DNA from: Octopus sinensis
Taxonomy: Eukaryota
Assembly (NCBI RefSeq): GCF_006345805.1
Contig: NC_043016.1
Span: 24,304,001 to 24,368,000 of the forward strand
Direction: 5' to 3'
DNA: 64,000 bases
Both the position numbers and the translations under genes were made by a program. Numbering within the stretch: the first letter of the stretch is position 1; each line of letters begins with the position of its first letter. The notes beneath the pieces were generated by a model. It was given only the letters and a program-made list of their open reading frames with translations. It did no database searches and had not been told where the DNA came from. This document shows, piece after piece, positions 13,270 through 26,056 of the stretch.

Positions 13270-13985
13270 AAAACTAGTAAAACACATGTTAAGATAGATG
13301 ATCATCATCAACAAGTGATGGATTGTCTGTTTGAAGAGTGTCACTAAAATAGAATTGGTAAAGTATAGCAAAGAAATGATAAGGTGTAGCAAAATAGGGA
13401 GCTAGTCGACACATTAGAGGAGATGTTTTGCTAGAGTGTAAAAAAATGGCACTTGATTTTTTCATCATTGTCAAACATGAAGGTAGCAATTTCAGAGTTA
13501 AGGTGTGTACTTAAGAGTATACACACCTTAACTCTGTGTGCAAAATCCATTTTATGCACCCAGGTGGAAAAGACAGGTGAACAACAGTTAAGTCAAATAA
13601 ACAAATACAATCATTCATCAACAGATGCTTGCATAGTATACTTAAAATTAGATGGCCCGAACACTTGAGCAATATGGAGCTATGGCAAAGAACAAATGAA
13701 GTTTCGATTAGGGAGCAAATATTTAAGAAAAAGTGGAAGTAGATTGGTAGCACAATTAGAAAAGACACACCAAATGTAGTGAAAAGTGCTTTACAGTGGA
13801 AACCGGATGGATATAGAAAGAGAGGTAGGCCTAAGAACTCGTGGCAGAGATCAACACAAAAGGAACTAGAGAAAGGGGGACATTCATGGCAGAGTATAAG
13901 TACAGAAGCCAAAAATTATGCGACATGGAATTCAACTATAAGTGGCCTATACTCCACGTTGGAGGGTTAAAGACATAAAGAAGGA
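13270..13985 (+). mobile_element. RTE-clade LINE 3' end
   Basis: CLHSILKIRWPEHLSNMELWQRT..KSALQWKPDGYRKRGRPKNSWQRS..GLYSTLEG*, typical RTE ORF2 C-terminus. Confidence 0.85.
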
Positions 13986-14433
13986 AAGAAAGAAAGGTGG
14001 AAAAAGCCTAATGTGGTAACAAAGCCGCAATTAGATCTTTGATGGATGACAATGGATGCAAATATTCAATTTCTGGCAGATTTGTATGTTTTTCCAGCAA
14101 TATTTTACTCAACTGTTTTGAAAATAGTGGTAGGCCAGAAATGATGGACTTTAGTACCTGCCACAACAGCTTGCCACAACTCTTGGCAGAAAATGTTGAA
14201 CATTGTAAAAAGCCGATAACAACAGCCAAGATACAGTGTGAGTAGCTGTGTGAGGGACAAATTGCCTCGTTTGGATGGTCTGCATTTAAGCTTTGTGATT
14301 GCATGTTAGACTTGTTCACCCTTCTCTCAGCCGATGTCTGTGATGACTGGAATCAGACTGGTTTATCAGGTTAGGCAGCTATGTTAATCATACAATGCAG
14401 GTGTTGTTGGGGAAGTACATGAAACAAGAAGGC

Positions 14434-14478
<45 letters not shown>

Positions 14479-14533
14479 ATCAATACTATCATCATTGTCA
14501 TCATCAGCAGCAGCAGCAACATTATTATTATTA

Positions 14534-14607
<74 letters not shown>

Positions 14608-14609
<2 letters not shown>

Positions 14610-15085
14610 GAGTGAGAGAGCAGCGCATACCATCAAAGTGACACTAGGGTAGAAATATACAAAGCCCAGTATACCCATCACAACTACCCATCTGATAAGG
14701 GTACACCAGGCACATACATCACAACCATATGTGCACGGCATGGTGATCTCATATCAAAATAAACAGTGCATGACTTCACAGGTGGGGCCCAGTTAGAATT
14801 TTCTTCATATCATGTAAGCCCATCCCATCAAAAGGTCTCTGTTAGAATTTTCTTCATGTTGAGTAGCCCATTAAGGTCAAATAGTCCCTGAATAAGATTT
14901 GTTTAAGAATGATGAACAAACCACTCATGTTTCCAGAGGTGAATTATTCAAACCCCAAAGATTCTCCCCCACCACTACTGCTCGCGATCAGAGATGCACA
15001 TATTGTCAGCTACCAAGGGACATGCTCAACTAGTTATGGTCAAACAACTGACAAGCAAATCTGTGGTATTGAGCAGAATATTTAC
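14608..15085 (-). repeat. Dispersed retro-repeat with (TAA)n tail, copy 1
   Basis: Diverged reverse complement of 15715-16165; (TTA)n tract immediately to the left. Confidence 0.75.
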
Positions 15086-15333
15086 TGTCACCATCATCAT
15101 TATTAAGGCAACGAGCTGGTAGTATGCTTAACATGCATTTTGTCCATCTTTACATTCTAAGTTCAAATTTCACCAAAGTCGACTGTGCCTTTCACCCTTT
15201 CAGGATCGATAAATTAAAAACCAGTTGAGTACTGGGGTTGATATAAACAACTTAAACCCTCTCTACAAATTTCAGGCCTTGTGCCAGTAATAGAAAGGAT
15301 CATCATTATAATTATTATTATTATTATTATTAT

Positions 15334-15690
15334 TCAGGTCACTGCCTGGAATTGAATTCGAAATCTTGGGGTTAGTAGCCTGTGCTCTTTACCCCGAGAT
15401 TCCGAGTTTGATTCCAGACAGTGACCTGAATGATAATAATAATAATAATAAGAAGAAGAAGAAGAAGAAGAAGAAGAACAGCAGCAGCAGCAGCAGCAGC
15501 AACAACAACAACAACAACAACGACGATGACGACGACGACGACGACGACGAAAAATACCTTAGGAATGAGAACCCAGGTTCGAAATTTCCCCAAGACACCT
15601 GATGAAGGTTGGAGGGTATATCAGCCAAAATGTTGTGTTAACAACAAACAAAATGAGGACAAATATCCGTCAAATATAAATAATGTACAT
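15334..15690 (+). mobile_element. Penelope-like pseudo-LTR fragment with inverted 5' segment
   Basis: 15560-15690 is homologous to 2618-2750 (opposite strand); 15334-15430 folds back on itself and its left part matches 2780-2830. Confidence 0.75.
15594..15639 (+). ncRNA. Degenerate minimal type I hammerhead ribozyme motif
   Basis: GACAC-CTGATGA-A-GGTTG-GAGGGTATAT-CAGCC-AAAATGT-T-GTGTT: stem I GACAC/GTGTT, CUGAUGA core, stem II, decayed GAAACGT. Confidence 0.6.
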
Positions 15691-15714
15691 TGTTTTGTCT
15701 TGGTATAAAAGATG

Positions 15715-16165
15715 GGCTACAACAAATATTCTTCTCAATACCACATCTTTGTTTGTCAGTTGTTTGACTTTAACCAGTTGAGTGGCTGACGATGTGTGCA
15801 TCTCTGATCATGCATGAGCAGAAGTAGTTGGGGAGCATGATAGCTGTGTGTTGAAAGGAATTCTTTGGGGTTTGAATAATTCACCTCATGAAACATGGGT
15901 GTTTCATTCAACATCCTTAAACAACCCTTATTCAGGGACCTTTCAAGGGGGATGGGCTACTTGACCTGAAGAAAATTATAACTGGGCCCCACCAGCAATG
16001 TCATGTGCTGTTTATCTTGATATGCGATCACCATGTCACGAACATATGGTTGTGATGCATGTGCCTGGTGTAGCCTTATTAGACAGGTAATCATGATTGG
16101 TATACTTGGCTTCTTAAATTTGTCCTAGTGTCACTTTGATGGAATGGACTGCTTTGTCACTCAAT
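15715..16165 (+). repeat. Dispersed retro-repeat with (TAA)n tail, copy 2
   Basis: Inverted homolog of 14608-15085, followed by (AAT)n. Confidence 0.75.
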
Positions 16166-16178
16166 AATAATAATAATG

Positions 16179-16231
<53 letters not shown>

Positions 16232-16599
16232 CTTTTCTACTACAGGCACAAGGCCTGAAATTTGTGGAGAGGGTTTAAGTTGATTAGATTAACCCCAGTA
16301 CTCAACTGGTACTTAATTTATTGACCCCAAAAGGGGGAAAGGCAAAGTCAACCTAACATTGTTAGGGAAGTGAGTAAAAGAATGGAAAGTAGAGGTCACT
16401 AGCACTGGTCTAAAGGAATATGAGGTGCTAACAGGAACATAAATCGATAGGCTTAACACTGGTAGAAGCAAATCTATATTGGCCAACATCATTCATCATT
16501 AGACTGAAAGTCTTATTACAATGTTTGATGTTAGATTTGAGTCAAGACTTCAACTGGATAGAAACTAGCAAGAGGCTGTGATTTTTTTTTTTTTTTTTT

Positions 16600-18260
16600 G
16601 CATAAATAGGGCTATCTTTTAAAAGTTAGGCAAATATGGTGAACAGAAATACCATCTCTGTTATTTTTTGTCACCAATCATCCTGCTTTGTAACAATTTC
16701 TATCTGACCAGGCAAGAGTGTTTGTGCTTTTGAATAGCAATCGCTTAAAAGATTAATTTAAGGTTTCTATAAATGATAGATTGTCAATTTTTGAGAGCAC
16801 TTCAGTAATCTTGGCAGCTGGAATATCTCGTATTTGAAAGAAGCTTTACAGAAAGAAAGAATTTCTGAGACATTTTGTTTGTTTTTTTAAGACTACCATA
16901 TTGGAGTTTTTTTGCTCATGTTATTTCCAACTAATATGTTAAAACTCGTCTGTGAAGATCCAATTTTGAGATTAACATAAGTGGCATCTGAAGGTTTATC
17001 CAACTTTAGAAATGATATGGAACCTATCTAGGGGTTTCAATTTTGATTAATGCTTTATTAGCTTCAAGTAGCATTCTTACTTAGAGACATTTTCCAGTGT
17101 TGCTTATTCTACAAAAATCAAACAATTTGTTTGTATGAGTCTGTGTAGATACCCACACCATCTGACCTGTGAGTCTTTTTAATTGAGATTTCTCATCTTC
17201 ACTTAAATCCTTATATTTCTAAGTAAACTTCCTTTATTTATTTCTAACAGAGATAAGAATGATATTATATATCTTGAACTATAGTAATTCTACTCTTGGA
17301 CTAATTAACATTCAGTCTTAAATACTTGAATGTTCCACTCTCATGAGTTCCTACTTCAAATTTCTTTTTCACTACTGTAATCTCATATTCCAAAAAAATT
17401 CATTTTCACAGAATACAAAATCATTCACATGCATCACTAGAATATCCACCAGCTTACTGTTCAAACCATTCCAGATAAATAAAGCATTGTCATAGATACC
17501 CACTACTTCTCCAGATTGGATCAGCATTTGAATGACCTTCTTATACCATGAGCGATCCACAAATGCATCTCTTCATCTTCCACAACGATGACTTTATACC
17601 TGAATCAGAATATAGCTTCAGGAAATTTTTTCTCTTCAAAATATAGCCCTGCAAAAATACTGAGATGAAATCAAAAGTCTACGCTTGCCAATTCATAACT
17701 GATGCGGTTACATCACTAACTACCATATGGCTTCATGACTGCCTGTCAGAGATTCCCGTTTTTGGATCGCCTAAATCTTCCTCATAACTATGTCAAACAA
17801 AGCAAACCTTTATTGTCCTTCTCTTAGCTCTGTGCTTTCAATAATCACCCATTGTTAGTGACAATATTGTCAGAATGATTTTGAGTGTCGGCAAAAATTA
17901 GCTGAAGTTCTTTCAGAGGACTTTCAAGTCTGGTTCCCTGGACAACTTCCAGAAATCCTTGGTCTGGTAATGCTACTAAGAGGTATTGCCATTTCTAGAT
18001 AAAATCTACAGTTGAAACTGCATGAAGAGTAATGAAACTCTTCTGCTTGCATTCGTTCAGTGTCTGAGCATTGTTGACTTGCAAAATTATATGAACTGCT
18101 TTTGTTATGTGTAGGATGGATCTAGTTATTGGTCAAATCCATTATAAACACCACTCTATTATCTTGTATTGATCATCAAGGGCAACAGTTTTCCTATACT
18201 TGGTCAGCAAGAACAACAGTTTTCTTCCATTTGGTTGCCATAGTGAGAAAGATTATATAG
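16600..18260 (-). mobile_element. Decayed Ty1/Copia pol remnant
   Basis: FLQG..LKRKIF..SLWKMKRCICG; RSWYKKV..DNALFIW..ILVMHVNDFVF (HVDD degenerate); LSEDEKSQLKRLTGQMVWVSTQT. RT core about 17050-17760, outer limits approximate. Confidence 0.75.
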
Positions 18261-18418
18261 TGGACAGGAGTGAAAGGGGTGAGGGCAAACACATCACAGA
18301 TGAGAGAAGCTATTTAACCTTGATAGTAAGGTAATCTTGGATCTATTATTTCACTGTCCCTAGTTGCATCTCCTTATTGGAATACTTCATTTCATATCAT
18401 TTTATATTCTTCTGTTTT

Positions 18419-18736
18419 TCATGCCTGATTTTCCTTCACAATTAATTGTGTAACCTTCACCTCACTGTTTCTATCATGGGGCAGGTCCAGTTCCTTGTAA
18501 ATTACCTGGTGAATATACTGTGCCACTCTATCATGCCTACTGAGATACTCTGTAGGTGCAAGAAGAATGCACATAGAGACAATATGATCGATGATTTCTG
18601 CCTGTAGTTTACATACATGATATGTTGGGCAACTGCCGTTCTTTAAGATGTTGGCCTGGTAGCTTCTTGTAGGTAGGCATTGATCCTGGGCTGTTATGAT
18701 AAACCTTTCTGTCTCTAATTTTAAGCCAGAAGACAC
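18419..18736 (-). mobile_element. R4/Dong-like (REL-endonuclease) non-LTR retrotransposon fragment
   Basis: LETERFIITAQDQCLPTRSY..C..EIIDHIVSMC..LAPTEYLSRHDRVAQYIH, the CCHC region preceding the REL endonuclease. Confidence 0.75.
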
Positions 18737-18827
18737 TAACCCCTAATGAGTAAGAGTTTATTATTATTATTATTAATATTATTATTATTATTATTATTAT
18801 CATTATTATTGTTATTATTATTATTAT

Positions 18828-18871
<44 letters not shown>

Positions 18872-18917
18872 CTAGTAGTAGTAGTAGTAGTAAGGTGGCA
18901 ATCTGGCAGAATCTATA

Positions 18918-18990
<73 letters not shown>

Positions 18991-18992
18991 GT

Positions 18993-19031
<39 letters not shown>

Positions 19032-19944
19032 GGCGTAGGCATAGCAGTGTGCTAAGAAGTTCTGGGTTCACTCCCACTGTGTGGCACCTTGGACAAGTGT
19101 ATTCTACTATAGCCTCTGGCCAACCAAAGCCTTGTGAGTGGATTTGGTAGATGGAAACTGAAAGAAGTCCATCATATATACATATATAGATATTTGCATA
19201 CATAAATACACACACACACATCTGTGATATGCATCCCGTAATTTCTGTATACTAAATTTCCTTACAATATATTGGTCTGCTCAGAGCTGTAGTAAAAATT
19301 ACTTAGCCAAGGTGCCATACAGTAGGACTGAACATGAAACTACATGGTTAAAGATCAGACTACTTAACCATCACCTTCATATAGCATTATAAAACAAAGC
19401 AACAGGTGGCCTGACTCTGTAACTGACTTGGAAATAGGCATGGCTGTATGGTCAAGTAGCTCATTTTGCAAATACATGGTTTCCAGTTCCATCCTATTGT
19501 GCAGAACCTTGTGTAAACTATCTTCTATTATAGTCCTGGGCTGGCTACTGCCTTGTGAGTGGAGTTGGTGGATAGAAACTGAGTGGAAACCTGTCATGTG
19601 TGTGTGTGTGTGTGTTATAATTTTTTCCATGCTGGCATAAGTTAGATGATTTGATTGGAACTGGTAAGCTGGAGAGCTATACCAAGCTCCAGTCACTTGT
19701 TTTGATTTGGTTTCTATGGCTGGATGCCCTTGCCCAACGCTAACTACTTTACAGAATGTACTTGGGTGCTTTTTATGTGAATGGCATGGCTGTCTTTTAT
19801 GCATCACTGGCATGGGTGCTTTTACTACACACACACACAGAGGGAGAGAGAGTGAGAGAATGGTAGTAAGGTAGACAAGCACAGTTTGGCTTGATACATA
19901 AAATTACAGGAAAGCAAGATATTACATTATATATATCACATCCT

Positions 19945-20585
19945 CCTCATCATCATTGTTTAATGTTCGCTTTCCATGCTAGCATGGGTTGGATGATTTG
20001 ACTGAAGACTGGTGAACCAGATGGCTGCACCAGGCTCCAATCTGATCTGGCAGAGTTTCTACAGCTGGATGTTCTTCCTAACACCAACCACTCTGAGAGT
20101 GTAGTGGGTGCTTTTACATGCCACCGGCACAAGAGCCAGTTAGGCTATACAGGTAATGGACACACTCAAGTGGTATTTTTTACATGCCACCTGCACAGGA
20201 GCCACTTCAGCGGCACTGGCAACGACCTCGCTTGAATGTTTTTCACATACCACCGGCACAAGTGCCAATAAGGCAACGCTGGTAACAATCATGTTTGAAG
20301 GTGCTTTTTACGTGTCACCGGCATGGAAGCCAGTCAGCTGCTCTAGCAGCGATCACCCTTGGATGGTGCTTCACTGGCACGGGTGCCAGTCATCGACTTT
20401 GCAAATTTGATTTGATTTTGATTTCACTTGCCTCAACAGGTCTTCGCAAACAGAGTTCAGTGTCCAATGAAGGAAAGGTATGCATAAGTGGGCTGGTTAC
20501 ACCCCTGGCATAGGCCATGGTTATGGTTTCACTTGGCTTGCCGGGTCTTCTCAAGCACAGCATATTTCCAAAGGTCTCGGTCATA
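19945..20585 (-). mobile_element. RTE LINE 3' end/3'UTR with (GAT)n tail
   Basis: Same 3'UTR as 58110-58500; begins with the ORF2 end (..AVLEKTRQAK*). Confidence 0.8.
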
Positions 20586-21517
20586 CACACACACACATGA
20601 ATATGTAAAAATAAGAATCAAACCTGTTAGGTTTGATTCATTTATTAAATAAAAGGTCGATTTCAATTTCTCTTAAAGCCACTCACAGTTGTGTTGGCCT
20701 TTCTTTGGGTGAAAATATCAAAATCTATGTCCAAATTCATTTGAACACTACTCTATATTATCTGTGCCTTCTATATATGAAACTGATGATTGTCCAACCC
20801 ATGTCATCATAGGAGGGCACTAAATGATGATGAAGTTCTAGAAATAACTTTGCAACTAATTCTTCAGTTATATTCTGGATATAATATTAGTTATTCCACA
20901 CCATGCTTTAAATTGTCCATAAAATAAAATTGAAGTAATTATTATTATTATTATTATTATTTTTTGTTTTTGTTTTTTAATTAATATGTCATCTATAGAA
21001 CACGGCTTAGTTCAATAAACATAAGTCTTTATATGTGCTGATAAAGTAAGGTTGAAGTAATTATTGATTATTCTATTTTTTTGTTATTGATTACATTAAA
21101 AATAAATGCCTTAGGATTTCTTAATGTGCTCTACAGATTAATTCCTTCTGATATAGAATTAAAGTTTGAAAATTTTAAATTAGTCATTTTTCATGACCAT
21201 GTGTGTGTGTATCTCTTCACATACACATACATTTGCATGTATGTAGTTGTACAGCATAGCCATAACTAGAAGGTCAAATGTATTGTGTGTGTGTGTGTGT
21301 GTGTGTATATATGGCAATGGCCATACTCGATAACAAGGGGGCAGCCATAATATATATATATATATGTAAATGTTAGTTTTTATGTTGTTATAATAAAAAC
21401 AACTTTACATTAATCTGACGGGTTACTCTATACTTTTGTAGAATACAAATCTATTATTTTTTTCTTTTTTGGATCTGGTTTGCAAGATTCTTTATATGAG
21501 TTCGTGTGTTGAAGCAT

Positions 21518-21816
21518 ATTCTGTTGTGTTTGGGGAGAGTCATTTTCTTTTTGTGCCTTATAATTTAACACACTCAATGGTGAAATTTCCACTTTTTTCT
21601 TATTTTTATTTTCCTAATATTTTCGTTACGTCTTGCAACCTTTTCAATAGTCTTGACTATTGAAAAAGAGTCAAGACTTTTGAAAAGGTTGCAAGACGCA
21701 ATGAAAATTTTAGGAAAATAAAAATAAGAAATAAGCGGAAATTTGGAAATTTTACCGGTGAGTGTTTTACATTATAAAGCACAAAAAGAAAATGACTCTC
21801 CCCAGACAATAAAATC
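21518..21816. mobile_element. Near-perfect fold-back MITE
   Basis: Arms of about 140 bp (ggggagagtcattttctttttgtgc.. / ..gcacaaaaagaaaatgactctcccc) separated by a 10-nt spacer at about 21660-21669. Confidence 0.7.
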
Positions 21817-22058
21817 TAATATTCTTAAATAAGACTGCTGCTGACAGAGACTTTGAATTAATGGCTGATGATGGTTTAACTGGCTGAAACTTCAAAGTCA
21901 CTGTCAACAACACAAATACAGATGACAGGCTTCTTTCAGTTTTCCTCAACCAAATACATATGTATTTATGCACTAACACATAAATATATATATACACACA
22001 CACAACAAATGAACACATACCCATCAACATACATGTGTGTATATAATGTGTCTGTCTG

Positions 22059-22100
<42 letters not shown>

Positions 22101-22862
22101 GTACCTATGTATGTATGCATGAATGAAAGTAAGAATACTAAATGACTTATTCTTTGGTTTTGAGTGGGCGTACTCCAGTTGTTCAACCAACTGAACTATC
22201 CACTCATTGAATTATGAACTGTGTGAAGCGGCCAAGCATTCAACAAGCATTTGTACTCTTAATGTATGTCATTTAAGCAATGTCTTTGAAATATAGTCAC
22301 CATCCATTCCATTAGATGGACCTCTATGGACTTCTATGTGTGAAGTGGCGTCAGAGTCAAAAACTCGGGACTTTGAAACCAACTTCTCGGCCACTCAGTC
22401 TGTATCTAGGATATTTGAATATTGCATTCTTCAGCAAACTTTTGATATACATGAGATAATCTGTGGGGTCATATTGAGCCCTCAAGAGCAACACGCAAAA
22501 GCAAAAAAGTGGCATAACACACTCTTTATGATATATACATGTGTGTGTGTAATACCATAAAGAGTGTAATATATATATAGACAAACAGACATATAGATAT
22601 ATATAAATACACTCATATATATTCTTTTACACTTTTACTCTTTTGTTTCAGTCATTTGACTGTGGCCATGGTGGAGCACAATCTTGAAGGGTTTTAGTCA
22701 AACAAATCGACCTCAGGAATGTGTTTTTAAGCCTAGAACTTATTCTATTGGTCTCTTTTGCTAAACCACAAAACTACAGGAATGTAAGCACAACACTGGT
22801 TGTCAAGTGGTAGTGGAGGTGCAAAGAGACACACACGCATATAATAAATATAAATACACATA

Positions 22863-23494
22863 TATCATCATCATCATCGTTTGATGTCCGTTTTCCGCGC
22901 TAGCACGGGTTGGACGGTTCGACCGGGGTCTGGGGAGCCAGGGGCTGCTCCAGGCTCCAGTCTGATCTGGCAGTGTTTCTACAGCTGGATGCCCTTCCTA
23001 ACGCCAACCACTCCACGAGTGTAGTAGGTGCTTTTTACGTGCCATCTGCACAGGTGCCAGAGGGGTCTGGCATCGGCCACGATCGGTTGGTGCTTTTTAC
23101 GTGCCACCGGCCCAGAAGCCAGTCGAGGCGGTGCTGGCATCAGCCACGTTCGGATGGTGCTTTTTATGTGCCACTGGCACAGAAGCCAGTTGAGGCTGCA
23201 CTGGCAACGGCCACGTTCAGATGGTGCTTTTTATGTGTCACAACTACTGTTTCCATTGATATTTGGTTCGATGTTCATGTACATGTACTTGACTCAACAG
23301 GTCTCCTCAAGCACAGCGAGATGTTCCGGGATCCTACGATCGGTTGGTGCTTTTTATGTGCCACCGGCACAGAAGCCAGTCGAGGCAGTGCTGGCATCGG
23401 CCACGTTCGGATGGTGCTTTTTATGTGCCACCGGCACAGAAGCCATTCGAGGCGGGGTTGGCATCGGTCACGTTCGGATGGTGCTTTTTATGTG

Positions 23495-23500
<6 letters not shown>
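22863..23500 (-). mobile_element. RTE-tail repeat with expanded internal 67-bp tandem units
   Basis: (CAT)n then the common RTE 3'UTR; GTGCTTTTT anchors at 23028, 23090, 23157, 23224, 23347, 23414, 23481. Confidence 0.8.
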
Positions 23501-23529
<29 letters not shown>

Positions 23530-24079
23530 CCCATATGCTTTGTGTTTGTGTGTATAATAGTTGCAAGTGTGACTTTGTGGTAAAAAGGTTGCTCCCCATC
23601 CACATGGTTTCTGGTACCTTGGGCAAGTGTCTTCTACCACAGCTCCGAGCTAGCCAAAACCTTGCAAGTGGATTTAGTTGATGGAAAATGAAACTTGTTG
23701 TATCTGGGTGCCATCATCATCATAATCATTTAACGTCCACCTTCCATGCTGGCATGGGTGGGATGGTTTGCCATGAGCTGGCCAGGCAGGAGCCTCCACC
23801 AGACTTTTGTAACTGTTTTGACAGGATTTTTACAGCTGGATGCCCTTCCTAGCCTTGTTATTGCTGATAGTTGTAAGCAAGTGCCACAATCATGCAAGTA
23901 GTGTTCTTCATTTCTGATCTTGCATGAAAGCATGTCTGACCATGGTGTAAATATTATCTTACTTGGAAACAGATAAGGGAAAAGTGGACATTAAAACAAT
24001 GATTATATGTGTATATCCTCACCCCTTTTACTGTATATACACATTATATACATGACATATAAATAGTACATTATGTTAC

Positions 24080-24520
24080 CAGCATGAGAAGGGGCTGTTC
24101 TATTTATTTTTTCATATGGCTTGGTTCCAACCCAGGCTACAGCAACAAAGTCCACTTGCCACACTTCTTGGTCCAACATCACTGCCTCAAGATCCTGGAT
24201 ACATTCGAAGCCAGTGTCTGCAATCAAGTTGTTGATGTGTGACGTTTTCCATGTAGTGGGTTTGACAAGACTAATTTCTGAGTGTCAACATAAACAAACA
24301 AAATTGATTGGTAAATGTCCTGCTGCTGCTAAACTATCCAGCAATGATTGTTTATTTTGTGGACCAGACATTTGAGAACAATGGGATCATGGTCCAACCT
24401 CATTTTCATGCAGAATACTATTACGGCCTTTGCTCCTATATGTATCAAAATAGTCCAGTTCACAACCCACTTGTAAATGGGTACCGGAAGTTAGGTACCA
24501 CTTAACCAAAAGAACTGAAT
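24080..24520 (-). mobile_element. LINE (RTE-like) ORF2 3' remnant
   Basis: AGH..LV..P..HINNLIADTGFECIQDLEAVMLDQEVW resembles RTE C-termini. Confidence 0.55.
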
Positions 24521-25834
24521 CGAGTAGTTGTACCAAGACTAAAACCTACCATGGCTCAAAGTGATATGCCTTTGTTATAAAACTCATCCTCTTCATCAAA
24601 ATTGTTTTAATGTCCACTTCTCTGTGCTTGCATAGATCAGGCAGTTGGGGCTGATTTTCTATGGCAGGATGCCCTGCCATTGCAAATATCCACCTCTTTT
24701 CAAGCAAGTTATAGTTTTGCAATGGCCAGACATGTTTTCTTCATGGACAACAGGAAAACAAAGGACACCACTTTATGACAGGGATATTCATTTACAACTA
24801 GTGTGCAATGTCAAGACAAAGAGACACAAATACATACCCACACATACATATACAGATGACAGGTTTTCGTCTACTAAATCCACTCACAACACTTTGGCAA
24901 ACCCAGAGCTATGACAGAAGGCAATTTTCTCAAATTGGACTGAATCTGAAACCATGTGGTCAAAAGACAAATCTCTCAAGCACAAAGCCATGCCTACATT
25001 TTACTGCATCCAAGTTTTCTGAGATGCCTCAATTACAATGTACTGAGTTTTGCACATGGGCAAAGAAACACACACACACACACACACACACAAACGAGAC
25101 ATTCATTCATCAAATTGATAAGTGAAAAAATATTGAGTGTGACGTGAAAAAAGATTTAATTCATGCTCAGGTATGAAATGAATAAAAACACAATTTACAT
25201 TTTTTTTTTTTCTTTTTTCCCTCTTTCATTTATAATACATAGTAATTCAGCCTGTTTTAGACATCCAAAATGGGCAGGTCAAATGGCAGACTTGTGTGAA
25301 AATAACACTCATTTTTCAATTATCATTTTACATTTATTTTCCATGTTGGCGTGGATTGGTTGGGTGTTGTCACAGGTCAGAGATTCATGTCTCTATTGTA
25401 TGTTTAATTTTTTGGCATGGTTTCTACAGCTGGACGCCTTTCTAAGCATCAACCACTTTGCAGAGTGTACTGAATGCATTTTATTACTGTACCAGCAGTG
25501 TTGAAGTTGGGACGTCCCCAAATAAGACCAAAGAGTCCTCTTGACTCTGCATCATCTCAAACTCGTTCATCAACACATTTACAGAGTGTACTAGATGCTT
25601 CTTCTTTTTATCATGGCACAAGCATTTGTTGTGAGAATTGTTTTCTGCTCTGTAAGACTCACTAAGTCTTTGGTATATTTACTCAAGACATGACCAGGAG
25701 GGTGGTTAGCAACATAGTGATGTCAAAAGCATAACTAGGATGAGTGAGTGAAGAGACAAGAACTCAAGTTTCATAGTGCTAAACACTAAACAAGTTAGAC
25801 ACTATCACCCATCAGATTTGTGGCTGTTGCTTAA

Positions 25835-26056
25835 TTGTTTAGCATTCAGGTTGTTCTGTCAAATGTAATACTTATTTATTCATATTGCTTTGAATTAATC
25901 ATGCATTATCTCATAGCTTTGAGATTTCAATGATATGATTGTTTACTTTTAAAATGACTTTGTAGGGTAACTGCGAGCAGCTGGATCTGGCCAGTTTGAC
26001 CATAAAACGGATAGAATATTTTGGTTGGATACGGTCAGTTTAAACGCTAAAGGGTT
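25835..26056. mobile_element. piggyBac-like MITE (degenerate)
   Basis: Ends TTAA..TTTAGCATTCAG and TTTAAACGCTAAAGGG-TTGA are imperfect inverted termini. Confidence 0.5.

Noticed and set aside
22910-23681. 215-217 aa ORFs and a CRISPR-like regular repeat
   Set aside because: Tandem 67-bp units of a LINE 3'UTR without unique spacers, in a eukaryotic context.
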